This document shows positions 40,431-53,859 of a stretch of 64,000 nucleotides of DNA, piece by piece (the first letter of the stretch is position 1; each line of letters begins with the position of its first letter). Below the pieces are notes generated by a model, which ran no database searches, was not told where the DNA came from, and saw only the letters and a list, made by a program, of their open reading frames with translations. A program made the translations under genes and the position numbers. The stretch is from Eledone cirrhosa (taxonomy: Eukaryota), in the NCBI GenBank assembly GCA_964016885.1, contig OZ024743.1, positions 187,364,001-187,428,000 of the forward strand. The letters are read 5' to 3'.

Positions 40431-40484
<54 letters not shown>

Positions 40485-40567
40485 ATAATAATAAATGTGA
40501 AGACTAAAATCCAAAGAGGGCTTGATAAGTATAAATATATATCAAATATATAAGAACCCTAGAGGAT

Positions 40568-40767
40568 ATATTTATTAAAATAACAGATTAAAGTTTAAGC
40601 AAAGAATCGCTATTTTCACCCTTAACGTGATCTTCTGAAGCCAGAGAAAGAATTTGAAGAAAAAGCCCCTATTTATTCATATATATATATATGTTTCAGA
40701 AGATCCCATTAAAGGTGAAAGCAGCGATTCTTTGCTTAAACTTTAATCTGTTATTTTAATAAATATT
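40568..40767. repeat. Fold-back with about 70-bp arms; arm sequence also at 9208-9275
   Basis: TTTATTAAAATAACAGATTAAAGTTTAAGCAAAGAATCGCT / AGCGATTCTTTGCTTAAACTTTAATCTGTTATTTTAATAAA. Confidence 0.85.
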
Positions 40768-40821
40768 TATATATAGTATATATATATGTATATATTTATT
40801 AAAATAACAGATTATTATTAT

Positions 40822-40908
<87 letters not shown>

Positions 40909-40950
40909 ACAAAGCTTGGCTTTGTTTATAAACAGTGGAAAATTTAGAAA

Positions 40951-41241
40951 ATAGCTAGTAAATAGTGCTTATGGTGTATTAGGACTAAGGAATTAGTCTA
41001 TTAGTTAGGATTAAAAAAAACCCACAAAATGGAAAAAAGGGATGAGCATTGACGTACATGAGATATGAACCCACATCTTTCGTTATCAAGACCAATGTAC
41101 TACCATTTACACCAAAGATGTGGGTTTGTGTCCATGAACGTCAATGCTCATCCCTGTTTTCTATTCTGGGGTCTTTTAAAATCCAAACTAATAGACTAAT
41201 TTCTTAGTCAAAATGCAACGTAAGAACTATTTACTAGCTAT
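40951..41241. mobile_element. Fold-back element with tRNA-like head at the hairpin centre
   Basis: Diverged 130-bp arms 40951-41080 and 41114-41241; minus strand TGGTGTAAATGGT (A box) and GGGTTCATATC (B box-like). Confidence 0.65.
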
Positions 41242-41256
41242 ATATATATAGCTATA

Positions 41257-41582
41257 GTAAAAGAGTGAAGAATAATGTATTCGACTGTACAATAGGGTTT
41301 ATTCACAGTATTAACAATTGTTTCATTAGTCCAGTGTGTCTAAAAATTGCTGATCGTTAGAAGTCATGTCACTCAATTTTAATTACAGTCCATACTCAAC
41401 CAAATCCTCAGGATACTGATCTGTATACTAGTGATTTGGTCGGGTATCGACTGTAATTAAAATCGAGTGACATGACTTCTAACAGTCAGCAATTTTTAGA
41501 CACACAGGACTAATGAAACTATTGTTAATACTTTGAATAAACCATATTGTACAGCAAACCACGTTATTCTTCACTCTTTTAC
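41257..41582. mobile_element. Fold-back element with 150-bp arms
   Basis: 41257-41406 versus 41433-41582 inverted and moderately diverged; adjacent to (TA)n. Confidence 0.8.
41306..41418 (-). ncRNA. Minimal type I hammerhead motif with long stem II insertion
   Basis: Minus strand CAGTATc-CTGAGGA-tttggttgagt...actggactaat-GAAA-CAATTG-TT-aATACTG. Confidence 0.6.
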
Positions 41583-43769
41583 AATTATTACTCCAAGAAC
41601 CACCTGCCTAGGAACTTTCTTAAACTGGCCACCCGACTAAGTAAACTTCTTGTTGAGTCAAACAACACTGAACGTTAAAACTATCCTCGACACAGAATAC
41701 TCATAACCTCTACTTGGATTACCTTAAACGATATCTTGTTATCTTACATATATATATATATATGCATGTATGTGCATATAAATTTTCTCTCATAACCACA
41801 CCCAACAACAGAATAACAGTAAACAAATACCAAAAGCAAAAATCAACCAAGACCCACCACTCAGATGCAATTACTCAGCTGCAAACACAACTTTAACATA
41901 AAAAACAACATACCACATGCAAATCAACAAACCAAATAGAGTCAAGTCTGATCAACAAAACCTGAAACTTTTAACCAAGAAAAAATCTAAACCGAATTTA
42001 AACACCCCAAAGAAAGTCGATAACATAATAAAATCAAATGAAGATGATGATGATATACACACACAGACAAACATGTACAAATATGTATATATATTAGTGT
42101 TATTCAGTTTTATTCTTTCTGTTATGAACTTAAGAAGACATTAACTGAAATGAATTTAGCTATTTGATAAACAGAGATTGATAAAATAAGTACAAAACTA
42201 AGTACAGTGGTTGATATAAGTAACTAAATCACTTGAAGTGTATAACACAGCATTATAACAGTCATATGACTGAAACCAGTAGAAAAGGAAATGACTATAT
42301 AGTTCCTTTTATATTTTCAAGTATATTTCAATGTTAGATCTACATACTTCCTTGGTTCATATGGATTCAGTACAAATGCGGCTCAGAAACTGTCGACAAC
42401 AATTTTCTCATTAATTGTGTTGGTAGTTATGGTTGTTGTTTTATTTTACTTCAAGGAAATGGATGAGGTAGAAGGCAGGTGGACAGGAATTTCCATAAAA
42501 GGTGTTTCAGTAAGAAAAATAAATGAAATATTTGATATACTTGAATTCTAATGGTTTTAAGTATTTTTCGCTCCACTGAGATTAACACTCATTGACTCAA
42601 TAATATTGGATAAATTTATCAATTGTCACCATACACACATAAGCCCGTGCATGCACACATATATATGTACAAACACCCACATATATACATATATATATAT
42701 ATGTGTGTGTGTGTAATGTAAATAAAAAATATCTGAAATCATTTATTAATCTTAGGAAATATCAAAACATTCTTGACATTTGTGATTGTTTCCTTGTCAA
42801 ACTATTAGATATTGAGGTGGTGTCAGTATGTTGGTGATAGAATTATAATGTGTGATAAATAAATACAAATTAAATATGTGTGTGTATTCATTATTTTTCC
42901 ATACTTTTCTGACTCTGTGTACGTATGTGGATTGTATTAAGCTATCTTTTCCAATTTTTCTTGTTTCTGTTTATGTAGTTGGCATAAGCATTAGATTGTC
43001 GGATGAAATGACTTGCAATATTCATTTTGGTTACTTGCATTCTTAGTTCAGATACTACTGAGGACAACTTAGCCTTTGTCATTCTAGGGTTGATAAATAA
43101 AATACTAAACTAGCATTGTAGTCTAACAAAGTACTAATCTAACCTTAGATGATCAGACAAAATACCTTGATGCATTTGTTCAATGTATTTGTGATCTAGA
43201 TTCAAATCCTGTTGTAGATTACTTTCCTCCTTTCCATCTACCTCTCTTTGGGATCTTGAAAAGTATCATGGATACAGTTCTTACATTCTTGACTAAACAG
43301 TAAAAGAAAACTGAGCAACTTGTTCAATGAATTACACATGCAGTTAATTTGACATGTTTTTGCACAGTCTGTCTATTCAATTTCACTCACAAATCTTGAG
43401 TCAATCAAAGGCCATTGAAAAAAATCTTTCTCAAGCTGCCACACATATGGATTGAATGTGGGACCTTATGATTGCAAAACCAATTTCTTAACCATCTGGC
43501 TATTCTTCTTCTAAAATATATCCATAACATGCACACAGACTCATACAAGTACATATGCATACACTTATACACACAAATGTAAAGAAATAATAACATAAAT
43601 ACATACATATATACACATATACACTTATGCACATACATATATACACATATACACTTATACACATACATTCAACTGGATATTGGAATGATTTATGTGCTAC
43701 AAGGTTGTCAGTAAATTTCACTAAATTATGTCATGAAAGAATTTTGAATATTAGTAAGTGAAGAATTTT

Positions 43770-44310
43770 GGAATTGGTAGAATTGTTAGTAAAATGGACA
43801 AAATGCTTTGCAGTATTTGTAGAGTGTCGGACAACATGCTTTACATCATAAAGTTACATTACTTTATGTTTTGAGTTCCAATCCTACTGAGATTAGCTTT
43901 GCTTTTCATCCTTTCAGGAGTCAATAAAAAAAGTACCAGTAATGCACTTGGGTTAATTTAATCAAATTTCCACTCCCTCGAATTGTTGGCCTTGTGCCTA
44001 AATCAGAAACCATTATTTACTTATTGCAGGTGGTAGATTGGCAGAAGCATTAGAGCATCAGATAAAATGATTTACATCATTTACTTACAACCCTTTATGA
44101 TCTAAGTTCAAACGTCACCAATGTCAACTTTATTTTTCATCGTTTTGGAGCTGATGTATTAAAGTACCAGTCACATACTAGAGTCAATGTAATCGACTCT
44201 TCCTTCCTGAAAAATAGTTGGCTTTGTGACAAAATTAGAAATCATTATTTAATTATTGACCTTTACATTCTGAGTTTAAATCTCACTGAGGTCACCTTTG
44301 CTTTTCTTCC
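43770..44310 (+). mobile_element. Head-to-tail cluster of about three diverged SINE family A copies
   Basis: Repeated B box/core/AGAAA.CATTATTT units. Confidence 0.75.
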
Positions 44311-44759
44311 GGTTTAAAAAATGTGGAAATAGAGATGCCAGACATTAAGATATAGTCTGGAGATATCATCTCAAAAGCAATAAATATTGAGTGCACAAAA
44401 AGAAAATTGACTTATGAAAAATAAAGATTAAATAGAGCTATTCTTTTATTCTTTTTTCTACTGGCTGCAATCATTGAGCAGCGGCCATGATGGAGCATCA
44501 TCATCAGAAGATCTGTTTGATTATAGCAAATTCAGTATTTATTTCAGTCTGCTAATTATTTTATTGTTGTATATTTTACTAATGTGCCTAAGTTACCATT
44601 TTGACGCTACACTAATTTTGTTCCTATGAGTAGTGATGTTTTAAGATATAAATGCATATGCATACACACACGCACAAACACACAAACACACAATCACACA
44701 CACACACACAAAAACACACACACACACACACACACAAACACACACATATATATATATCC

Positions 44760-45442
44760 TCATCATCATCATCGTTTAACGTCCATCTTCCACGCTAGCA
44801 TGGGTTAGACGGTTTTGTTCCATTTGATGCGGGAATAGTCTGGAGACCATACCTCGCTCTCACGGAAGTGTCTCTGGCAGGTCTTTTACAGCTGGATGCC
44901 CTTCCTAACACCAACCACATTTACAGTGTGGACTGGGAACCTTTCCACCATGTCTCCTACACAGCCACCTTACAGTGTGGACTGTTGTGTCATCGACACA
45001 GAGGATGGTATGAGAGAGGGAGGGTGGGGTAGATGTGTGGGGGTGGTGTGTACATTGGGTTAAGAGGTGCCTACTGACTGTAGGTTTGTATGCAATGGCA
45101 GTCAGGTCTTCTGTACAACTGCATGGCTCCAAAGGTCTTGATCCAGTGCTATTGTCTTAGAGGTCAGTTTTTATCACCTCGTTCCCGGATTTCCTTGGTC
45201 TCCCCACTCCGTAGCTTCCATCAATTTTCATTGCCCTGCACTTTTTTATTCAGCTGTCGTCCTTCATATGGATCACATGTCCATACCAATGCAGTCTCTT
45301 CTCCAGAACACAACATTTGATACTTCTTATGCTTAGTCTCCCTCTTAATTCCTTTATTCTTCACCTTCACGCACATTACTATTACACATCCATCGGAGCA
45401 TGCAAGCTTCATTTCTTTCTAATCTACGCAGGTCTTCAGCAT
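44760..45442 (-). mobile_element. RTE LINE 3' fragment
   Basis: (CAT)n tail, 3' UTR motifs and degenerate C-terminal coding region. Confidence 0.88.
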
Positions 45443-45647
45443 ATATATATATATGTGCTGGTCTTCTGAATATTCTAAATTTTTCAAATTTTAATATAAG
45501 ATATTAGTCAAACTGAAGTTATGCCACAAGACATTTGCCCGATGTACTAAGCAGTGAAAATGAACCTGGAATCATGTGGCTGTGAACTTAGTTTCTTAAC
45601 CACAAGCCATACCATATGAAGATTGCTATAAATTACCATTGTGAAGA

Positions 45648-45760
45648 TATGTGGCTTAGTGGTTAGTGAGTTGTATTTGCAATCATGAGGTTGTGAGTTC
45701 AATTCCTGGACCAAGAGATGCTCATATCATTGAGCAAGATACTTTATTTCATGCTGCTCT
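45648..45760 (+). mobile_element. SINE family B head
   Basis: GTGGCTTAGTGGTTAG ... GAGTTCAATTCC ... TTGAGCAAGATACTTTATTTCA. Confidence 0.65.
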
Positions 45761-48009
45761 TTCTGTCAGGAGTTGTGACTGGTAGATAGTATCAGCAATG
45801 GAAAGATCAAAGGTAACATTGTTTCCTTGGTCTAATTTCATGAGTTCCACCTACTTGGTAAGTGAATGAGGTAAAATCTTGTCGATCTATTCACTCTATA
45901 TTACTATATATATGTCATTTGACAAGAGCTGAAGACGAAGGCTATTTCATTATCAATGAAATATTGCTGTCTTATCAAATTTGTAAACTGTGTACTTCAC
46001 ATGTACAATTTGTATATATTTCAAGGAAGTTTCTATATACATATTATATATATATGCACAGGCCACCACCATTGTTAGTTTTTCTTATTTTTGTTTGGCT
46101 CAAAGTTATAATTGACAGAGTGTTCAAAGATAATTATATCACAAACAACAATTTATTCTCACAAGTATTATGTTCCTAGTATTACATTGTTTAATGTCAG
46201 TGTTTTATTTTTAAAGTAGTATAGTTGATACAAAGCATTGTGAGATATATAATAAATGACTGATAATTGACAGGAAATGCATGAAATAGATTGGCTACTA
46301 TAATGGCTCCTCCCATACGTATTATAGACAGGTAGACTAATTAAGGAAGGACACACACATTATTCGATTTTGTTTTGAAATGAGAGTACCCTGAAATATC
46401 ATATTCAAATATACTGGGTACAACATTGCTTTGTTTTATTTTATTTGTCATCCTTTCCCATTTATATGTTTTTAATGCATTGTACTGGCTTTCTGAAACT
46501 TATCAGTCTTTTATTTTTGAATTGGCAGATCACAAACAGTTGTCGACTTGTGTTGCTTCATTTAAATATATCCTTCTTAAGAAACTAGATCTATCTCCTT
46601 GCAGAACACCACAATCCAGCATGCTGATACGTATCTCTGATTTATATGTAAATCAGAGGCAAATCTTCTGGACAGAACATCACTAGAAACTTCCAATTTT
46701 CCAGTGCAATCATTCTTACAGTAGTTATGGTGTTATAACTACTTAGAAATAAATGAACTCAGCTGTTGAATGTCTTAACTATAGATACAATTCAGAATGT
46801 GTGTCAATATTTGAACTGTTAAACTGTTAAACTTTTTGTTGGTTTCCTGGAGCTGTGTACTGCAACAAATAAACCATCTGTGTCCTCAAGACACAATGAC
46901 TGAATTATAAAAGGTTATATATATATATATATAAACAGATATATTTTTTAAGTAACATATGCCGGTTAAGAGAGGTGAATTTTAATGGTTTATTCAAGAG
47001 CGGAGAAGAAAAGAAATGCTGGAACTGAATTCATTTATTTATTTATCTAATTTTAATGTTTGTATAGAGCTAGTAAGCCAGTAAGGGGAAGCATCCAGTA
47101 GTTCTTACAGTTGAGAAACACAGATAAGTGAATATAAAAATAAGAATTTAATTTCAAATAGACAAGGCCCACAGGAGGCAAAAAAGCATTAAAAAAATAA
47201 AGAAAAAATGGAAAGCAAAGAAAGCTGTATAGTTGGTAGATCTTTTACAATATATTGTCTCCAATTCTTTAGTGATCAGCTTCAAGATATCTTCTCTCTC
47301 AGATTGATAGTTTTTACATTAGAAAAAATAGTGCTAAAGAGTTTCTGGGAAGTCACCACAAGAACATAGAAGTGATTCTCTATGGCCTGTTCATGATAAA
47401 ATGTAATTCAATGGTATATATACAGTTTGAAGCCAGCATATTTTTTTTTATTAACATTACTCAGACCCTGATATATTTTAAATGTTGTCAGATTTGGTTG
47501 TTGAGAAAGTGGAGGACTGAAATTTAAAAGTTTATCCCTAGATTTTCCCCAAATTCTCAATAACCATTGAATTAAATCACACAATCTATAATAAACCAAT
47601 TATCTTAACATTTAGTTATTTAGTTTTGATTTGTGTAAGTTACCAAACTGTAAATATAAGCACAGTACACAGAAAAAAAAGCATTATATATTTTATAGTA
47701 TAAAGATAATTTCTTAAACTAAAATGACTATTATATAACAACAGAAATGTTTACTTTGTGATTATGTGTAAAAAATAATTATCATAGTTTTCCTTATATT
47801 TTTCACTTTCAAAAAATGAACGATTAATTATATAGCTAAAAAATGTCTTTGATGCTCTTAATCTTTCAGAAGATCTACAGCATACTGTTGATTATGTTAG
47901 AGTTTTCAAATCGTCAGTGGAAATATTATTGTCATTGCTTGCAACATATATCTGTCTTCTGTCTTGTAAACCACGCAATAAATTTCTTTCGGTTCAGTTA
48001 CCCGCGCAG

Positions 48010-48071
<62 letters not shown>

Positions 48072-48112
48072 CACTGCCACCACCATCACCACTGCCACCT
48101 ACACCAGCACCA
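48010..48112. repeat. (ACT)n(ACC)n trinucleotide repeat
   Basis: Direct reading. Confidence 0.92.
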
Positions 48113-48826
48113 TCAAAGTTTGTTTAATGATAGTTAAATTGGATATCATTTGTAAGTTGATAGTAGATTAATGAATGCAATGTCTTACTTAAGCTGACAG
48201 TTTATCACAGAATTTCTTCAAATAATTCTTTGTCTCAGTTTGATAAATTTTCTGTTAAAAACTAATTAATATTTCTTTTTCTTTTTTCTTTATTATTTTC
48301 CCTCGGGTGAAACTTTGACATAAAGAAAATTATGATCATTTTAATTCAGATTCTTGTGATTTAAACAGTCTCTTTCTTAGAAAATAATAATTATAGTTAT
48401 CAAATTTACACTTTACTATGGTTTCCTTCTCCATCTGATATGATTATTTAGTATGCCATTTCTTTCAGCATTGTTGAAAAATGTTATAGTTAGTCCCTTG
48501 CAGGCAATTTGTTTCATTTCTGGATAGGAGATAATTTAGTCCTTGTTCTTCCATTCACCTTGCTGTGGGGAATAACTGTGAGAACATTGGGTAAAGTTAT
48601 TTGTGAATAATATATTTTTAGTCCAGGAATAATGGCTGCTGGCGATAAAGACACTGTATTATATTTTTTCATTGTCATTGAAAATTGATTATAATCTGTG
48701 ATGCATTTCAATGCAGCAGGAAATATCTAGTTTATTTCAAATGAATACTTACATAAATTGCAAGTTTTGTATTTATAAAATGTTAGAATAAGTATTATAA
48801 AACAGTTATGCTTTGAATAGGCTAAG

Positions 48827-49014
48827 TAAATAATAATCTAGTTTGATACCCTGTTGTCATTATTTCACTTTTCTTATATTGTTAATATTCTTATTTTATT
48901 AGATTTCATTATATTTTATTTAAATAATAATCTAGTTTGATACCCTGTTGTCATTATTTCACTTTTCTTATATTGTTAATATTCTTATTTTATTAGATTT
49001 CATTATATTTTATT
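48827..49014. repeat. 94-bp perfect tandem duplication
   Basis: 48827-48920 repeated at 48921-49014. Confidence 0.9.
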
Positions 49015-50092
49015 TTTTAAATATTTTTTTACCTTTTTATATTATGAAATTCATGCTTCAATCACATTTCAATGACTATCAAGTCAAATATATCATCAAA
49101 CAGAGGTTCAATGCCACAATGTTTCTTTTTTGTTTGGGAGAGGAGCCTGGAAAAAATAAAGGTAAAATTTACTTCAATGGAATTAATACTCATAATATAA
49201 AGAACCAGAACAAATCTTGCAAGGAATTTTATCCAATGCTCCAATGTTCCTAACTGCTTTATAAAGTCAAGTGCTTCTCAACAAACTGAACTCACTACTA
49301 CCTTTAAATAAGACTCATATAACCAGTGTGCCATCTACCACCAACAAAATCAACAAAGGAATGGATGTGACATAATTTTGATCTGATGTAGTTACTATTG
49401 TTAATCTCACTGGCCAATACCAATATGATAATAACATAGTAATTTTTAAACACTGTTTGATAGATACACAAACATTGTTTTATTATCCAAATTATTTTTT
49501 CATATTCCATATTATCTATATTATTATTTTATAATTTTAATTTAAAAAAAAAATCATAAACAAATCTATTTCAAATAACAACAAGACTACAAATATTTAA
49601 AAACGGAAAAGGAAGGGAAAGGCAAGGGCTCTAAGGCCACAGAAGAATGGTAGGAGGGAGGGATAGGGTGATGGGTTCTAGGATAAATTATTATCATTTT
49701 TATCTAAACTGAAATCAACCATTGAAAGTTCTACATGTTTACTCAACTTGCTGTAAGTAGCAGCTAAATTTCTTCAAATCTCCCCCTACTGTCTTTAAAA
49801 AAGGAAAGAATAAATTATATAATGTAGTTTAAGATAACCCAAAATATGTGATGGCAATAGATCTGCTGAAATAGGATTAACCTGGGGCTACGCCACTACA
49901 GCTATATTGAAAATAATAATTTGAAGAAATTCTTTTTACTTGCATGTTTGTGAAACTGATAGACGATATCATAGTGAAACAATAACAAAATGAGATATTC
50001 AAATTAATCTTTTAGTCATAATGGGAGAGTCATAATGGCAATAAAAACACATGCACTAGTGAATTTCACTTTGGTTTTGTAATTAGTTAATT

Positions 50093-50915
50093 AGGGTAGT
50101 AGATTGGCAGTATCAGTAGAGCTTTGGACAACAAGCTTTACAGCATATAGTTATGTTCTTTTACATTCTGAGTTCAAATACTGCCAAGGTTAACTTTAAC
50201 TTTCATCCTTACGGGGTTGATAACGTAATCACCCAATAAAGCACTGGAGTGAATTTAATCATCTTTTCCCTTCCTCAAAAATTGTTGGTGTTGTGTCTAA
50301 ATCAGAAACCATTATTAGTTAGTTAGTTGCAGCCCTTTATGTTCTGTGTTCAAATCCTGCCGTGGTTAGCTTTGCCTTCATCCTTACAGGGTTGATAAAA
50401 TAAAGCACCAATAATCCACAGAAGTCAATATAATCAATTTTCCACTCCTCCAAAATTGTTGGCCTTGTACCCAAATCAGAAACCTTTATTAGTTAAGTAA
50501 CTAGCATGGTGGATTAACAGTATAAGTAGAGTGTTAGACAAAAAAGTTTAGCTGTTTAGTTTCTACTTCCTAAATTCTGATTTCAAATTCCACTGAGGTC
50601 AATTTTGCCTTTCACTTTTTCAAGGTCGGTAAAATAAAGTATTAGTCAATTACTGGAGTTTATTTAATCAACTTTTCCATTCCCCTTAAATAGCTGGTCT
50701 GGTGCCCAAAGTCGATATTATTATTAGTTAGGTAATTGGCAGTGGATTGGCAGTATCGGTAGAGGGTCTGACGCCATGCTTTGCAGCAAAGAGTTAAGGC
50801 CCTTTATGATCTGAGTTGAAATCCTGCCAAGGTTAACTTTGCCTTTCGTCCTTACGGAGTCGATAAAATAAAGCACCAGTAATACACTGGGGTAATTGCT
50901 GGCCTTGTGCCAACA
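50093..50915 (+). mobile_element. Head-to-tail array of four SINE family A copies
   Basis: Four cores separated by similar ATTAGTTA-containing linkers. Confidence 0.85.
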
Positions 50916-51389
50916 AATTAATCTATTCCTTGGGTAGTTTAGTAATGATATATTTATAGCTCTTTCATCACACATTCTGTGACCTCTATGACTACACTTG
51001 CTTCTCTGTCTCCTCTTCGTTTTCATTTCATTCATTCCATCTTGTCTTTCTGTGGTATGTATGTTGTATGTACACGTATGTGCCTCTATGCATGTATGAA
51101 TATGCATGTGTGTGCATGTGTTTATGTGTATGTGTATGTGTATGTGTCTATGTGTGGCTGTGTGTTTCTATATGGGTTTTGTGTATGTGTGTGTCTTGCA
51201 AAACAAATACAAATACGAAGTGCCATAAGTCGTTTGGTATTGATTAATGAAAGTAGATTGTTGAATGTACATGATATAATCCTAACTTCATTTACAATTT
51301 CAGGAAACATAAAAAAAAACATTATTTTCATGGCATTTCATCTTCTTTTCAAAACATCTTTACCCAAGTTGTTGGATCTTGTCACATAT

Positions 51390-51700
51390 CATCAGCATCA
51401 TCAACAGTCAATGCTCATTTTCCATGCTTGCATGGGCTAGACGAGTTGTCATGCTATAAAGTTAGACAAGACAGGTGACTACTCACATATTCCATCTTGG
51501 ACTTAGTTTCTACAACTGGATGCTCTCCCTAATGTCAAACACTTTACAGCATGAACTGGGAACATTTTCCATGCCAACAGTACTACCACCTTACAATGTG
51601 GACGGAGTGCTTTTTGTCATGGCACCAGGATTACCTCCTTATAGGGTGGGTCAGGTGCTTCTGTTGTGGCACCAGCACTACTACTTTACAAGGTGAACTA
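51390..51700 (-). mobile_element. Degenerate RTE 3' UTR
   Basis: TTTTCCATGCTTGCATGGG and CTGGATGC motifs; CAT-rich tail. Confidence 0.65.
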
Positions 51701-52829
51701 ATCATTGAATCAGCCTGACCACCCAGAGTATGTTGTAGTATCATGACACCAGTACAGATTTATTATGCCATTTTGGTGCTCATTGTATTCTTGACCTAGC
51801 TCAAGGGGTAGGGGAGGTGGAGAAAGGAAGAAACAAGAGCTACATGCTGCTTGCTGCCTACTATCAATGCAGGTAGGAGATTGATAGGTGGACAGGAAAG
51901 GTAACTTGGGGGAGTGTGGTGCAGGGGGTAGGAAGGGACAATATCACCATTGACCCCCCCCCCCCAAAAAAAAAAATATATATATATATAAAAAGGTAAA
52001 TAAAATAACTCAACTAGGAACTGAACTTGTGTTGCAGATTTAGGAATCTGGATCTGTCTCTATAAAACTAAACATGTTCATCACTTCATAGTGCTCATAC
52101 TGTAAGCATAATGCCAAATAAACAATCAAAACAATATGTTGGGTAGTAAACAGCAATTGAATTTGATACACTGGTTTCTTTTGACAGCAATGTTAATCAA
52201 CAAAAGCCAAACATGATCTCATGCTTGAGGTTTAGAGTAATTTGTTCTAATATAATTAGAATGCTACACTGACAAATTCTTTTCTACTGCATGTTATCCC
52301 CTCCTCCTCCTCATCATCATCATCATCAACAACAACAACAGCATCACCAATCTATAATATCATAATCCTTTCATCAAAACATTTGCAGTCTGAAAGCTTA
52401 AGATTTTTAGCTTCTCAGTAATTCTCTGAAATGAAGTGGCTCCTAGCATTGAGACCCCCAAATACCATTAAAGGTTGTGAGTTCCATCCCAGCATGATCA
52501 CATATATACATGCATACATATATCATCATCATCATCATCATCACCATTTAACATCCATTTTTCCACACTAGCATGAGTTAAATAACTGGTCTTGTTGTAA
52601 GACAAGTCAGATCAGATGACCATGTCTTCCTCATACAGAACTGATTCTGGCTTGATTTTTACAGCTGGATGCCCTTCCTAATGCTAATGATATTTACAGT
52701 AAGTACTGGGTGCTTTTGGTCCAGGGCCCATTGACAACTCCAAGAAATCCCTGGCCTGGCAATTCTAGCAAGAAACTTTGCCAGATAAAATCTACAAGCA
52801 TGGAAGTCCTATAAGCCGGGCCTATCTGA

Positions 52830-53491
52830 GGTGTACGCTTAGCAACAAAACCACCCTGCATGCACTCATCGAGTGTCGAGTATTGCTGGCCTATGTGTTC
52901 ATGTGGAGCATCTGCTGTTATGTATAGGACGGATCTGGCTATCAACTGAGTTGATTGTGAAGATCACCCCCACCATCTTCCTTTAGAGGAGAAGGACAGA
53001 CAGTTTTTATCTGCCTGGTGGACATTGCGAAAGAGGTTGTGTGATGGATGTATTTGGAAGGGTTGAAGACAGCCACTATCCACTTTGGTGAAGCCCCGAT
53101 TAACTTTTTCAGGTTTCATTTGGAGAGGGATTTCAGGGTGGAGAGAGAAGTGCTACCTTCCAACCAGTTTGTTAAAAGATTGGTGAGTGTAGTAAGCATG
53201 GTCTGTGTGAATGGGCTTGCCTTGAGCATACTTCTCTAGATTGGAGGAGAACAACTGGGAGAGGGCACTTTGCCCTAGCAGACAGGAGCGTGGCTTTTTG
53301 TTGGATTTCTCCACGAGGGATCCTTCGAATCCTCTCACCTTTGAGGAATTTGTTATTTTATTTTTTAAAGTTTATTTTTCTTAGTCTCTGTTATAAATTT
53401 CATTTTACACACAACAAAAAAAACACAGACTGTATTGTCCTGTACTGTCTTTAATGTTTCTTTAATGTGAACTCTGTGTGGTTGATAAAGA

Positions 53492-53546
<55 letters not shown>
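52830..53546 (+). mobile_element. Tx1/L1-like LINE 3' end with (TTA)n tail
   Basis: Homologous to the reverse complement of 11107-11790 (LHALIEC motif); (TTA)n 53494-53546. Confidence 0.75.
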
Positions 53547-53547
<1 letters not shown>

Positions 53548-53840
53548 GGGCGGTGGATTGGCAGTATCAGTAGAGCATTGGACACCATGCTTTGCGGCTT
53601 TGAGTTATGGCCCTTTACATTCTGAGTTCAAATCCTGCTGAGATTAGCTTTGCCTTTCATCCTTATGGGGGTCGATAAAATAAAGCACCAGTAAGTAGTG
53701 GGAGTCGCTTTAATTGACTTTTCCCTTCCCCAAATCACTGGCCGTGTGCCTATACTAGAAACCATTATTAATATAAAATAAAGTACCAGTAATGCACTGG
53801 GTAATTGCTGGCCTTGTGCCTAAAGTAGAAACAATTATTA
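53548..53840 (+). mobile_element. SINE family A plus second 3' fragment
   Basis: Full copy 53548-53770 and tail fragment 53775-53840. Confidence 0.85.
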
Positions 53841-53859
53841 ATATTGTAGTTGTTATTCG

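Noticed and set aside
45915-45980. CTGAAGA...GAAA as a hammerhead
   Set aside because: GAAA lies inside a TATTTCATT/AATGAAATA hairpin; no stem II adjacent to the core and no valid UH placement
50093-50915. CRISPR-like repeat-spacer array
   Set aside because: Units are 180-240-bp SINEs with Pol III boxes; no cas genes; eukaryotic context
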